Below, in pieces: positions 11,978 through 24,083 of a stretch of DNA of 64,000 bases (position 1 is the first letter of the stretch; each line of letters starts with the position of its first letter). Under the pieces are notes generated by a model, which made no database searches, was not told where the DNA came from, and worked only from the letters and a program-made list of their open reading frames with translations. Made by a program: the position numbers and the translations under genes. Source of the stretch: Tubiluchus corallicola (lineage: Eukaryota; Animalia; Priapulida). The stretch is from the NCBI GenBank assembly GCA_030141605.1, contig JAQGDQ010000682.1, forward strand, positions 1-64,000, written 5' to 3'.

Positions 11978-14591
11978 ACACACACCGCCGCAAAATGTGC
12001 CGTAACGCAAGTTTTTGAACATGATGTCACACTTTTTTGACAAGCTCTTAGCCAATTCTGTAAGACGTTTCTTCCATCTAAGATCTGAACACGAATTAAC
12101 GCTCATGAAATGAATATGGCGCTGATGATAAGACTATTAAACAGTCACATATGTAGCAGACAGTGTAGTGCTGTATTGGAATACTAGAAGTGCACACTAC
12201 CGTAACTTACTATAAATGAACCAACGGTATAATTAAGATTCTAAACCATTTATCTCTTCATTTCTCTCCTACGACAGTGAATAACTCCAAAATCATAATA
12301 CCTAGGGTCACCAAACTTTCTGGGTAGATACGTGGGGTAGAAGTTCAGCTAATGGCATAGTGACCTCGTGTCAAAGGGTCAAGTACAGTGGACATCGGTC
12401 AGTTTTTCGATTATTACTCAGCTCTTCCCAGGGCTTTGAGTTAAATTCAAAATTTTTTCGCAGGTATGCAAGGCAGGTGTGAGAACTAGAATTACGAAAC
12501 TTGCAAGGTAGGCTCCTAATATAGGTAGCCACAAAACGGTATAAGAATGTTGACCTCTGGGTCAAAAGTCACAGCAACAAGACCAAAAATGTAAAAATTA
12601 GGGTAAATGGGCTTACCTCTCTACTCCACTTACAGTATTCACCTAGTAGCCTATGTTTTTCAGTGTATGGATAGGCTGGTAAGGATAGATGTGCATAAAG
12701 GTTTTTCAGGAAGTGGGCATGAACAGGTCATATGACATAGGGCAAATGAGTTAAAATGGCGTTGCAATAAAATGGATTTTTTAGGCAGTCAAGCATGGAG
12801 AATTTAGCGATAGCAAAATTATTATTTTGAGACAAAGATTAAGTCACCAAAATTTTTCACAGTCAGCACTTGCAGTTTTGGTCATAATACAGAATCTTAA
12901 GTTTACGACTTTGTCATAAACAGCAGTCTAGTTGTTATGTTATAAATTATACCAGTATTGACAAATATAATTTATGGCACTGAAACGTGGATATAATAAC
13001 ATATAACATAAATTGTTGCTATGTTTTTTTTATTATTTATTACTTTGATTTAAAAAATTAACAAACTTTTTTGCCTTTACTATTTTAGTATTTACTATTT
13101 TACTGCCTTTACTATTAGCTTGAACTACTTTATATCATAATTCTTATCATGTGTTGTGTTTTTTGAGAATTTGTACCATATAAGAGTACGAATAAATGGT
13201 ATAAATAAATAATATGCGCATGGTATAAATAACAATACGCGAGTATCTAAAATTTGATTATGAGTCAAACACGGATGGTTTCAATACGCAAAGGTAAATT
13301 TCATGGTTTATATCATTTTTAAATTGTGTTCTGATTATGTTTATGACTGATCTCTTCGTGTACCATCATTGTTTATCATAATTAGTATTTTGTATAAATA
13401 TATTTTTAAAAGTCCATATTTTTTTTTCTATTTCCATAATTGTAATTATCTTTAGTGGATGATTTGTGTTGTTCTGTCTGAACTCTATCGTATTATGTAG
13501 CTTTTCTTGTATTGTACTGTTGATATCACTCTACATGTAATTAGGTTAAATCAAAACCGCATCCAATCTTAAACTGTAGGTCAAAACAATCTACTCTTTA
13601 AAATACTGATAGGAAACATGCTATTTTTCCAAAAATGACTTAGGAGAAATTATTACCACACAAACACAATTTCATGTTCGCGACACTAGTTCCTCGCTGT
13701 TACATGCATTTCGTCATTCGCTAGTTAGACGGGCACAAGCGTCTGCATTTCGGAAACGCATTGCACAAAAAACAGGTGCTGCACCTCTCAATTCAAATGT
13801 GTTAGTTTCTGACGAACTACACAAGTTCAACAGCTCAGCCGTAAATATGAAATTTGAATTTTTATATTAAAACTTGCCTAGTTTTAGTACAACATACTGA
13901 ATATCTTAATGTAGCACTGTATTTTAATTTTTGCTTTTGCGAACACGTGCAACGAGCTCATGGAATATTTTTGCTGTTGAAAATTATGTTGGTTTGTGAT
14001 GTCATCAACAGTTGGCCTCGGCATGCCATTAATTAGTATTTTAATCTATTAGTTAATTATCAGAAACGCAATTTGCAGTATTAATTGTGTTAAAATATAT
14101 ACTTTCTTTCGAACTGGAAAACGGGGTAGTATGTATATGAAGAATAATCCTGTTTAAGTTTTGGTCTGATATTTTAAAATTATAATGCACAACATTATTT
14201 TTCTGTAAACACATTGCATTATTATCAGAATTGAAAATTAACTTAAATCTGTTCTGATGCGTGTTAGAATTTTTTGTACCCATTTCGCTTGTACAAAATC
14301 CTTAAAATTACCTGAGCTCATTAAAAACTAAAAATTAGGCTGTCAACGTTTGGGTCAGCAAGCCTAAAAATAACATGATGCAATGTTTGGAAACAACTTT
14401 TAATTTCACACTCTAATGCTATCAACTATTACACATTCATTAAGTACAAACAAGTAAAATATAACTGTTAATACGTAAGACCAACACCATACAAATCACA
14501 CGATTTTTTGTTAAAGAGTAATGTTACACACATTTATAGTTAAAACAACACGGCTTTATTAAAACTTTTACTGTACATCGCTAAAATCATG

Positions 14592-14630
14592 CCAAACGTT
14601 TCAACAGACTACTGCTGTTATCATCAGTGG
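14592..14630 (-). ncRNA. Minimal type I hammerhead ribozyme motif
   Basis: Minus strand CCA-CTGATGA-T-AACAG-cagtagt-CTGTT-GAAACGTT-TGG: intact core, 5-bp stem II, palindromic AACGTT stem III, CCA/TGG stem I. Confidence 0.65.
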
Positions 14631-14761
14631 TAAATTTACAAACATACAACCAGTTTATATAGCCAGAACCTATTATGCACTAATTAAGTAGTTAACAGAA
14701 GCCAAATAGGTAATGAATAAGCAGACCAGAAAGAATAAACTGGTAGTATGTTTGGAAATTT

Positions 14762-14802
14762 ACCACTGATGATGACAGCAGTAGTCTGTCGAAACATTTG
14801 GC
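14762..14802 (+). ncRNA. Minimal type I hammerhead ribozyme motif (stem III mutated)
   Basis: CCA-CTGATGA-T-GACAG-cagtagt-CTGTC-GAAACATT-TGG. Stem II differs from the left arm by a compensatory pair (A-T vs G-C). Confidence 0.55.
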
Positions 14803-15779
14803 ATGATTTTAACGAAATATCTGGCATAATTTTAACGAAACATTTGGCATGATTTTAACAAAACATTTGGCATGGTTTTAGCGAAACACTTGGCATGATT
14901 TTAGCGAAACATTTGGCATGATTTTAACGAAACATTTGGCATGATTTTAACGAAACATTTGGCATGATTTTAACGAAACATCTGGCATAATTTTAACGAA
15001 ACATTTGGCATGATTTTAACGAAACATTTGGCATGGTTTTAGCGAAACACTTGGCATGATTTTAACGAAACACTTGGCATGATTTTAGCGAAACATTTGG
15101 CATGATTTTAACGAAACATCTGGCATAATTTTAACGAAACATTTGGCATGATTTTAACGAAACATTTGGCATAATTTTAACGAAACACTTGGCATGATTT
15201 TAACGAAACACTTGGCATGATTTTAGCGAAACATTTGGCATGATTTTAACGAAATATCTGGCATAATTTTAACGAAACATTTTGCATGATTTTAACGAAA
15301 CATTTGGCATGGTTTTAGCGAAACACTTGGCATGATTTTAGCGAAACATTTGGCATGATTTTAACGAAACATTTGGCATGATTTTAGCGAAACACTATGC
15401 ATGATTTTAGCGAAACATTCGGCATGATTTTAACGAAACACTTGGCATTGTTTTAACGAAACATTTGGCATGATTTTAACGAAACATTTGGCACGATTTT
15501 AGCGAAATATTTGGCATGATTTTAACGAAACACTTGGCATTGTTTTTACGAAATATTTGGCATGATTTTAACGAAACACTTGGCATTGTTTTAACGAAAC
15601 ATTTGGCATGATTTTAATGAAACATTTGGCATGATTTTAACGAAACATTTGGCACGATTTTAACAAAACACTTGGCATGATTTTAACAACACATTTGGCA
15701 TGGTTTTAACGAAACATTTGGCAAGATTTTAACGAAACATTTGGCAGGATTTTAGTGAAACATTTGGCAGGATTTTAAC
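14790..15779. repeat. 23-bp minisatellite (about 43 units)
   Basis: Unit CGAAACATTTGGCATGATTTTAA. Confidence 0.95.
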
Positions 15780-15923
15780 TATGTAAAGTAAAAATTTTAA
15801 TAGAGTTGTGTTGTTTTAACTATAGATGTTTTTAAGTGCCTGTAATAAAAAGTAAATTACACACATTATTATAGAATGTTAGGTGGAGAAATCCAACCAA
15901 GCAAACAATGACTTTGCGCAGAA

Positions 15924-16862
15924 CTACCGACATGAACAGAACAGCTTCTTAACAGCATTTCTGAAATCTTTCATGCGCGTTATATAAACAAAAACATTTG
16001 CAAAGGAGTTGAAATATGCAGGTAGCATAAACCAATAAGCATTACTTTCGTTAATGAATAAAGTAGTACCATACTTGAACAATACGACTGTACCCAGTAT
16101 ATACGGTACATAACACAGATAGTACAAGCACACGGCTATACCCAGAGTTATAATAAGTTTAAACTTTGCACGGAACTGTGACACGTGGTTCGATTCATTC
16201 TGGAAATGAGAAATGCCGCACTGTATCTCACGAATCTGTTTCCACGCAGATTTCAAAATCATAAGGTAAAAATACAGAAATACGATCAAAACGGTCGTGC
16301 AAGCGATGACAGAGCTATAAAACAGCACTTCCGTCATCCAACCACTGTTGTACGGAACACACTGGTACATATTTTCCACGGAATGGATGTACACTACGCT
16401 GAACACAATGATAGTTAAAATAACGAACGACCAGGAAAACAATAGAGCCAGTTTCATGCGTACATCGGTCAAGACAATGGGATAGCGAAGGGGATAAACA
16501 ATGCTAATGTATCGCTCCACGGTCGCGACAACGTAAAAATACAAAGCAGCGCTAACTAAAGCACCAGAGAAAGAATAGAGAATTCCGCACAGAACCAGAT
16601 AATCCATTGTTATGTCAATGAAGTAAAATATAACCGTTTCTAGAAGCAAGCACACACCAACAAGGAAATTAGACACTGCTAAGTTGCACAGAATCCAATA
16701 CATTGTAGTATGCAACGACTCTGACTTTATAATCGTCAGTATAATGATGCTATTAATGGTAATAATCACTATTCCAAGAGGAAAGTTTATAATAACATAA
16801 AGCGCCTTATCATTTTCTGTAATATTGGCGAGTTTCCACGAAAAATCATCCAAGTCTGTCAT
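15924..16862 (-). CDS. Single-exon class A GPCR, subfamily B (related to A), 312 aa
   Basis: LHTTMYWILCNLAVSN, ERYISIVYPLRY, CYVP, NSFANVFVY; intact ORF. Confidence 0.9.
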   Translation of the reverse strand: MTDLDDFSWKLANITENDKALYVIINFPLGIVIITINSIIILTIIKSESLHTTMYWILCNLAVSNFLVGVCLLLETVIFYFIDITMDYLVLCGILYSFSGALVSAALYFYVVATVERYISIVYPLRYPIVLTDVRMKLALLFSWSFVILTIIVFSVVYIHSVENMYQCVPYNSGWMTEVLFYSSVIACTTVLIVFLYFYLMILKSAWKQIREIQCGISHFQNESNHVSQFRAKFKLIITLGIAVCLYYLCYVPYILGTVVLFKYGTTLFINESNAYWFMLPAYFNSFANVFVYITRMKDFRNAVKKLFCSCR

Positions 16863-18050
16863 TTTGAAGCATAAGCGTCACTCTAATGAACTGCAGTTTA
16901 CATTCCAACTAAGTACTGGTCCTTTACTACTGCGCGGTAGTGTGAAATTATCCTTATGAAACTGGCATCTTATCATTAGGCAAATTTGCATAAGATCTTG
17001 TGGACGGCGTAAAGTAGTGGCAGTAAAGCGAAGCCCAGTGGCACGTAAACACTTATGACCATTTAATGACATGGATGCATACGCTTAGATGTGTTTACAG
17101 GACAAATGCTAGTGCATCTAATGTAAATCATTCAACTGATTCAAGCCCTAATTTTTCCATTAGAATTGTAATAATCATGAACTGATGTTAAAAGCGTGCC
17201 ACAGAAGAACACTCTTCGCTAACTGAATCACAGTAGTATAGTATAAGTTATTTTCTTTTCACGCAATTGTAGCACTAGATATTTTGTCATTACATACTAG
17301 GTTTTACTAATGCTAGATATAACGCCACAATGTACGAGGAAATGTATGTGTATGTGTATCACAATTATGCATTATATCAACAGTGAAAAATTACAATGCT
17401 CATTACACTACACTTTCTGTGCAAATATTATCCATCACCCAATGTTACTTTGCAGGTCAAATATTGTCTCATAATGGCTGTATAAACCAACCTGGTTGAA
17501 TCATTATGTTCACTGAAACTGATCATTATTTGAAGAATGCTTTAACGAGGTTCGTATAAGACAGCTTGCCGCTTCTTGCAATGAAGGAAACTTCCTATAG
17601 TGAATGAAACGTGCCAAAACTAATGTAAAAAATGTCCAATTAACATTGATAGGGTACTGGATAGATAAATAATTAACCGACGTTGTGTTATGTGTGCATG
17701 AGCACGTATTATAGGGCTCCCACCCAAATAATTATATATATATATATAATCTTTATTTGCATTATAATTTTATGAAAAACAGAAACAATTACAAGGCATT
17801 TCATTAGCAACAACCTGAACATTATAACAATATTTACATGGATTTTTGTAGTTGAAATCATAATATATAAGCTTACAGCATGAGTGTGACATTAATTATA
17901 AAAGCAGAGAAATAGAGGAACTATCAGGCTAAGAAAGACTAAGAATAACGCTTTCCTCGAACTTAAATTGTTGCATTTGGATGATCAGTAGTCACACATC
18001 TCATGTGTCAAGAAGAATACCTACACGATTACCTACATGTAGACGACCAG

Positions 18051-19470
18051 TTGTCACATTTGGATGACCTGGGTCACAGAAAGGACTGTGTTGTCACATT
18101 TGGATGACCTGGGTCACAGAAAGGAACGTGTTGTCACATTTGAATGGCCTGAGTCACAGAAAGGAATGTGTTCTCACATTTGAATGACCTGAGTCACAGA
18201 AAGGAATGTGTTGTCACATTTGAATGACCTGAGTCACAGAAAGGAATGTGATGTCACATTTGGATAACCTGGGTCACACAAAGGAATGTGTTGTCACATT
18301 TGAATGACCTGGAATGTGATGTCACATTTGAATGACCTGGGTCACAGAAAGGAATGTGATGTCACATTTGAATGACCTGAGTCACAGAAAGGAATGTGTT
18401 GTCACATTTGAATGACCTGAGTCACAGAAAGGAATGTGTTATCACATTTAAATGACCTGAGTCACAGAAAGGAGTGTGTTATCACATTTGAAAGACCTGA
18501 GTCACAGAAAGCAATGTGTTGTCACATTTGGATGACCTGGGTCACAGAAAGGAATGTGTTGTCACATTTGAATGACCTGAGTCACAGAAAGGAATGTGAT
18601 GTCACATTTGGATGACGTGAGTCACAGAAAACAATGTGTTGTCTTATTTGGATGACCTGGGTCACAGAAAGGAATGTGTTGCCACATTTGGATGACCTGG
18701 ATCTCAGAAAGCAATGTTTAGTCACATTTGGATGACCTGGGTCACAGAAAGGAATGTGTTGTCACATTTGGATGACCTGGGTCACAGAAAGCAATGTGTT
18801 GTCACATTTGGATAACCTGGGTCACAGAAAGGAATGTGTTGTCACATTTGGATAACCTGGGTCACAGAAAGGAATGTTGTCACATTTGGATGACCTGGGT
18901 CACAGAAAGCAATGTGTTGTCACATTTGGATGACCTGGGTCACAGAAAGGAATGTGTTGTCACATTTGGATGACCTGGGTCACAGAAAGGACTGTGTTGT
19001 CACATTTGGATGACCTGGGTCACAGAAAGGGCTGAGTTGTCACATTTGGATAACCTGGGTCACAGAAAGGAATGTGTTGTCACATTTGGATAACCTGGGT
19101 CACAGAAAGGAATGTTGTCACATTTGGATGACCTGGGTCACAGAAAGCAATGTGTTGTCACATTTGGATGACATGCATCACAGAGGGCAATGTATTGTCA
19201 CATTTGGATAACCTGGGTCACAGAAAAGAATGTGTTGTCACATTTGGATAACCTGGGTGACAGAAAGGAATGTTGTCACATTTGGATGACCGGAGTCACA
19301 GAAAGGAATGTGTTGTCACATTTGGATAACCTGGGTGACAGAAAGGAATGTTGTCACATTTGGATGACCTGAGTCACAGAAAGGAATGTGTTGTCACATT
19401 TGGATAACCTGGGTCACAAAATGACTCAGTTGTCACATCTGGATGGCCTACGTCACAAAATGATTGTGTT
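18051..19470. repeat. 40-bp minisatellite (about 35 units), unrelated to the AT-rich 40-mer
   Basis: Unit GTCACATTTGGATGACCTGGGTCACAGAAAGGAATGTGTT. Confidence 0.95.
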
Positions 19471-20013
19471 TTCACAAACATGGATGTTTGACTGGAGCCA
19501 AAATAAAACCAATACAACTTGCTAAATCACACAACCCTGGACCACAAGACAACAAGGTTATTAACCAAGTTTCTTTCGCGAAGTTTTATGTGTAACATTT
19601 TACGTATATTGGTGTTTTTGCTACATTTATAAATATTACCTAATTTTAAGTCAATCTGCAACATTAAGCAAGTTTTTGATGCCATTGTTTCTTTTAATGC
19701 TTTCATTATTGTTAATTCTGAGTTAATGTGCCATTGTTGTCATTGTTAGTGTTGTTTATTTGCTGTCTATTTGTGTAAATAGTTATAGATTTTTATCTGT
19801 ATGCATTTCTCCGGCTGTGTTTCAATTAGAAATGTGATTTGTCTTCAACAGCATTCAAAATCCATTTCTGCTTTATCTGCATCATCCTCCATCAATCACA
19901 TGACATTTACATGAATTATACGAAATTAAAGAATATTACATTACATTTCAGGAGGTTAACCATTACGTTTGGGTAGACATTTAGACTACAACACATACTA
20001 GGTGGTATTAACA

Positions 20014-20123
20014 GGGGTCAAGTTTCACAAAGCCGTCACTAACTTAACGATGTCGTTAATAATAGTTAAGTGAATGTAATAATGACATTGTTAACTTAGT
20101 GACAACTTTGTGAAACCGGCCCC
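20014..20123. mobile_element. Short palindromic MITE
   Basis: GGGGTCAAGTTTCACAAAG..GTCACTAA / TTAGTGAC..CTTTGTGAAACCGGCCCC imperfect hairpin. Confidence 0.6.
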
Positions 20124-20619
20124 TCGTATATTAATATCAGCCGCTAATCGAGCGACTATGTTACTTCTAGTTTTTATGTATGTTTTGTACACACACACAG
20201 GTATGTAATTCTTATAAAATCAAGCTAGTGACACAGTTCTGTCAGCCAAATGACAACCATTTCTATGTTATCTCAGTCCAGGACACTTCTCCGTATCTCA
20301 CATGTCTTAATCCTATTGGTTGAAACAGAACATTATGTGAAACTGACAGCATTTAGTAGGAATTTCAAAATCAAACATTTGAATTCATTGTGACTGAAAA
20401 GAGATACCATATTCCAACAACATCACATAAACAGACACTTTTTCCAGCTGATTGTTCTTTGATAGAACAAGTAGTGTTAAATTTTGAATGACTTTTACAC
20501 TTTACTGAAAGTTTTTAATAAAGCATAATGTTCAATAAAAAATAGAAGCTTATGCAAACAATTATTATCTAACATAAATTTTGCACCATATATTTAGCAA
20601 AGCGTGAATAGTAAAATGA

Positions 20620-21261
20620 CAACACTGGAACTATATTTCACATTACCTACACTGGTTACATGTTACCAAGACTGGAATTATATTTCACATTACCTACACT
20701 GGCTACATGTTTCCAACATTGGAACTATATTTCACATTACCTACACTCGTTACATGTTACCAACACTGGAACTATATTTCACATTACCTACAATGGCTAC
20801 ATGTTTCCAACATTGGAACTATACTTCATATTACCTACAATGGCTACATGTTAATAACACTGGAACTATACTTCATGTTACCTATGCTGGCTACATGTTA
20901 CCAACAGTGGAACTACACTTCACATTACCTACACTGGCTACATGTTACCAACACTGGAACTACACTTCACGTTACCTACACTGATTACATGTTACCAACA
21001 CTGGAACTATATTTCACATTACCTACACTGGCTACATGTTACCAACACTCGAACTATATTTCACATTACCCACACTGGCTACATGTTACCAACATTGGAA
21101 CTATACTTCATTTTACCTACAATGGCTACATGTTACCAACACTGGAACTACACTTCACGTTGCCTACACTGGCTACATGTTACCAACACTGGAACTACAC
21201 TTCACGTTACCTACTCTGGCTACATGTTACCAACACTGGAACTACACTGATTACATGTTAC
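20620..21261. repeat. 47-bp minisatellite (about 13 units) overlapping the C-terminal codons of GPCR 21220-22194
   Basis: Unit GGAACTATATTTCACATTACCTACACTGGCTACATGTTACCAACACT. Confidence 0.95.
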
Positions 21262-22194
21262 TAAAGAAGTAAAGATTTTCTTCATTTCATTTCTAAAATC
21301 TTCTAGTTTTGCTGAATATAAAAACACATTGGCTAGTGAGTTAAAATAGGTTGGAATTAAAAAATAGTAATATGTGTGTTTATTAATAAAAACGGACTCT
21401 CCAAAGAGAAAAATTACTGCTTGGACTACCATGAAAGGGGTGTAGCATATGTAAAACATGCCAATCGTCAATGCAAGAGTTTTTGCAAACTTGATTTTTG
21501 TTGGAAGATCTGACGTTGCACACTGAGACGATGAATTAGGTGCATTCTCAATTTCCCTCTTCTGTCTTAAAGCTATTTTCAGTATTTTGACATCCAAATA
21601 CAGCAAGGCAAACATCATGGGTGGAAGAATTAAACATATTGTAAATGCTATTAAGCTCACAAGAACCCCATGCGTCAGAGGAATGCACATGTATGAAATG
21701 TCCACCGTAAAGTAGTATATAAAACAATATGCAACAGTTAGTGTAAACGAAAGACCCCATAATGTTATTATAGTTAGTATAACTTTGCGATCAGACATCA
21801 ATTCATGATAACGTAGCGGGTAGACTATACTAATATATCTCTCTGTTGTAGCAAAACAATAAAATACAAAAGAAGAACCCAGGACGAGTTCAGTAACATT
21901 AAACCATATACTGCAAAATGCAACAGAGTCTGCTATCTTCCAATCACTTAAATCAAGTATAATAAGTACGAATAGGTATATTCCCACAATCATATCCGAA
22001 AAAGCCAAGTTGCACAAAATATAGTACAGCGGCGTATGTAGTGCGTGTGATTTAACAATGGTACAAATCACAACAATGTTTGCTAACACAATGGCAAAAG
22101 CCAGCAAAAACAATGATGCCACAATTACTGGATGTTCCACTGTAGCTTGAGTACTAATGTTCCAAGATGTGTTTTTAAAAATATTTTCCATCAT
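21220..22194 (-). CDS. Single-exon class A GPCR, subfamily C, 324 aa
   Basis: LHTPLYYILCNLAFSD, ERYISIVYPLRY, CYTP, NSLANVFLY, EDFRNE. Confidence 0.9.
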   Translation of the reverse strand: MMENIFKNTSWNISTQATVEHPVIVASLFLLAFAIVLANIVVICTIVKSHALHTPLYYILCNLAFSDMIVGIYLFVLIILDLSDWKIADSVAFCSIWFNVTELVLGSSFVFYCFATTERYISIVYPLRYHELMSDRKVILTIITLWGLSFTLTVAYCFIYYFTVDISYMCIPLTHGVLVSLIAFTICLILPPMMFALLYLDVKILKIALRQKREIENAPNSSSQCATSDLPTKIKFAKTLALTIGMFYICYTPFMVVQAVIFLFGESVFINKHTYYYFLIPTYFNSLANVFLYSAKLEDFRNEMKKIFTSLVTCNQCSSSVGNM

Positions 22195-22466
22195 AGTGGA
22201 ATATATCCTTTTGATATATCATTTGAAAATAAAAGAGTAACACTAATAGATAAGAGAAAATTGTAGAAATAACAACAAAACAATTCCTTGTGTTTGATAA
22301 CATTAGCCAATGCTCAAAAACTAATGGTTAATAGCATCAAAAATGCTGCTGCATGCAGTTAACAATACAAACACAATTTCTATGATAACATAGTGCGAAA
22401 AAGCTGACTAGATGAAAAGTAACAGCATCAACACAAATAACCAACATAACCTAATAACCAATAACC

Positions 22467-23465
22467 AAAAGCAAAAGTGACTAGTCCCAACGTGAAGCCA
22501 CTGAAAGTAGAGCCATTCTGACAAGCAGGTACAAAGTACAAGTAATCAGGTGTATTTAAACACGTATTAGCTTGTCACATTTTGCTATGCCCATATGCAG
22601 CAGTTTGTGTTGCTTTGCAATGCGAAACTTTTGTACCTTGTATGAAAGAAAATGATTTAGGTCATATTATCTCACAAGTCATGAGAGATGATTTAGATAA
22701 ATTACTATGGCCGAGCCAAAAAGTTGCTTATGAAATTCAGTCATTGTTATGTTATAAGAGACAATTTTTATTCTTACAATCTCAGGAAACTCAAGGTTAC
22801 ATACAATATTTCAGCACAGAAGCTTTTTAACTTTTTATATGATACTAGTGCCAGATATATTTCTACTACACTTGATCGTATTTATTTTGATGTGATTCAC
22901 AGAAAATGTGCATACAGTTTATATGTCAGGTTGAATAAGAGTGAAAATTTTATATGCAAGAACATTTTCAACAGTGATGTAAACTTTAATTCTGAAATTA
23001 GACATCAGTGGCATACGTTGTTATATTATTAATTGTTATTTGTGTTGGTGTGTGTCATAATTTATTGTATTTTTTGGATTAGTTTGTGATGTTTATATGA
23101 ACTTGCTCTAAACTTTGAAATAAAATATTAAATCAAATAAAAAAAATGTGATATTTGAATGAACACTTTAAACATATGGCATTTATGAGAGATTTTCTCT
23201 GATCCGATAGTTCCTTGAAATTACATGAAAGAATTATTACCACACAAACACAACTTCACGTTCGCGTCCCTAGTTCCTCGCTGTTACATGCATTTCGTCA
23301 TTCGCTAGTTAGACGGGCACAAGCGTCTGCATTTCGGAAACGCATTGCACAAAAAATAGGTTCTGTACCTCTCATTACAGATGCGTTAGTTTGTGACGAA
23401 CTGCGCATGTTCAACAGCTCATGCGAAAGCACAGCACAGTTGGTCTCGCATGCCATTAATTAATA
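22467..23465. repeat. Mosaic duplicated block: subfamily A upstream segment + LINE fragment + copy of 13645-14045
   Basis: 22467-22562 matches 6875-6970; 22569-23213 matches 7793-8437; 23228-23465 matches about 13645-14045 with internal deletions. Confidence 0.85.
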
Positions 23466-23821
23466 TTTTAATCTATTATTTAAATATCTTAATCCCATTG
23501 GTTGAAACAGAACATTATGTGAAACTAACAGCATTTAGTAGGAATTTCAAAATCAAACATTTGAATTCATTGTGACTGAAAAGAGATACCATATTCCAAA
23601 AACATCACATAAACAGGCACTTAATATACAACTAATTTTTTTCCAGCTGATCGTTTTTTGATAGAACAAGTACTGTTACATTTTCTAATGACTTTTACAC
23701 TTTACTGAAAGTTTTTAATAAAGCATAATGTTCAATAAAAAATACAAGCTTATGCAAGCAATTGTTATCTAACATAAATTTTGCACCACCATATATTTAG
23801 CAAAGCATGAATAGTAAAATG

Positions 23822-24083
23822 ACAACACTGGAACTGGAACTATATTTCACATTACTTACACTAGTTACATGTTACCAACACTTGAAATATATTTGACATT
23901 ACCTACACTGGTTATATGTTACCAACACTGGAACTATGTTTCACATTACCTACACTGGTTACATGTTACCAACACTGGAACTATACTTCATGTTACCTAT
24001 GCTGGCTTCATATTACCTACACTGGCTACATGCTACCAACACTGGAACTACACTTCACGTTACCTACACTGATTACATGTTAC
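23822..24083. repeat. 47-bp minisatellite (about 5 units), paralog of 20620-21261
   Basis: Same unit and same flanks. Confidence 0.9.

Larger units (their letters stand above)
14528..15830. mobile_element. Long inverted-repeat element (Penelope pLTR-like) with hammerhead motifs in both arms; right arm carries an expanded minisatellite
   Basis: 14530-14657 is the reverse complement of 14735-14812 plus 15779-15830. An unexpanded relative is at about 51030-51303. Confidence 0.75.

Noticed and set aside
20604-21272. Plus-strand repeat ORFs (MLPTLELYFTLPTLATCYQHWNY..)
   Set aside because: Frame-cycling translation of the 47-bp minisatellite, antisense to the receptor 3' end.
4881-24083. Tandem arrays as CRISPR-like repeat-spacer arrays
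   Set aside because: Units repeat head-to-tail with no unique spacers, there are no cas genes, and the context is eukaryotic.
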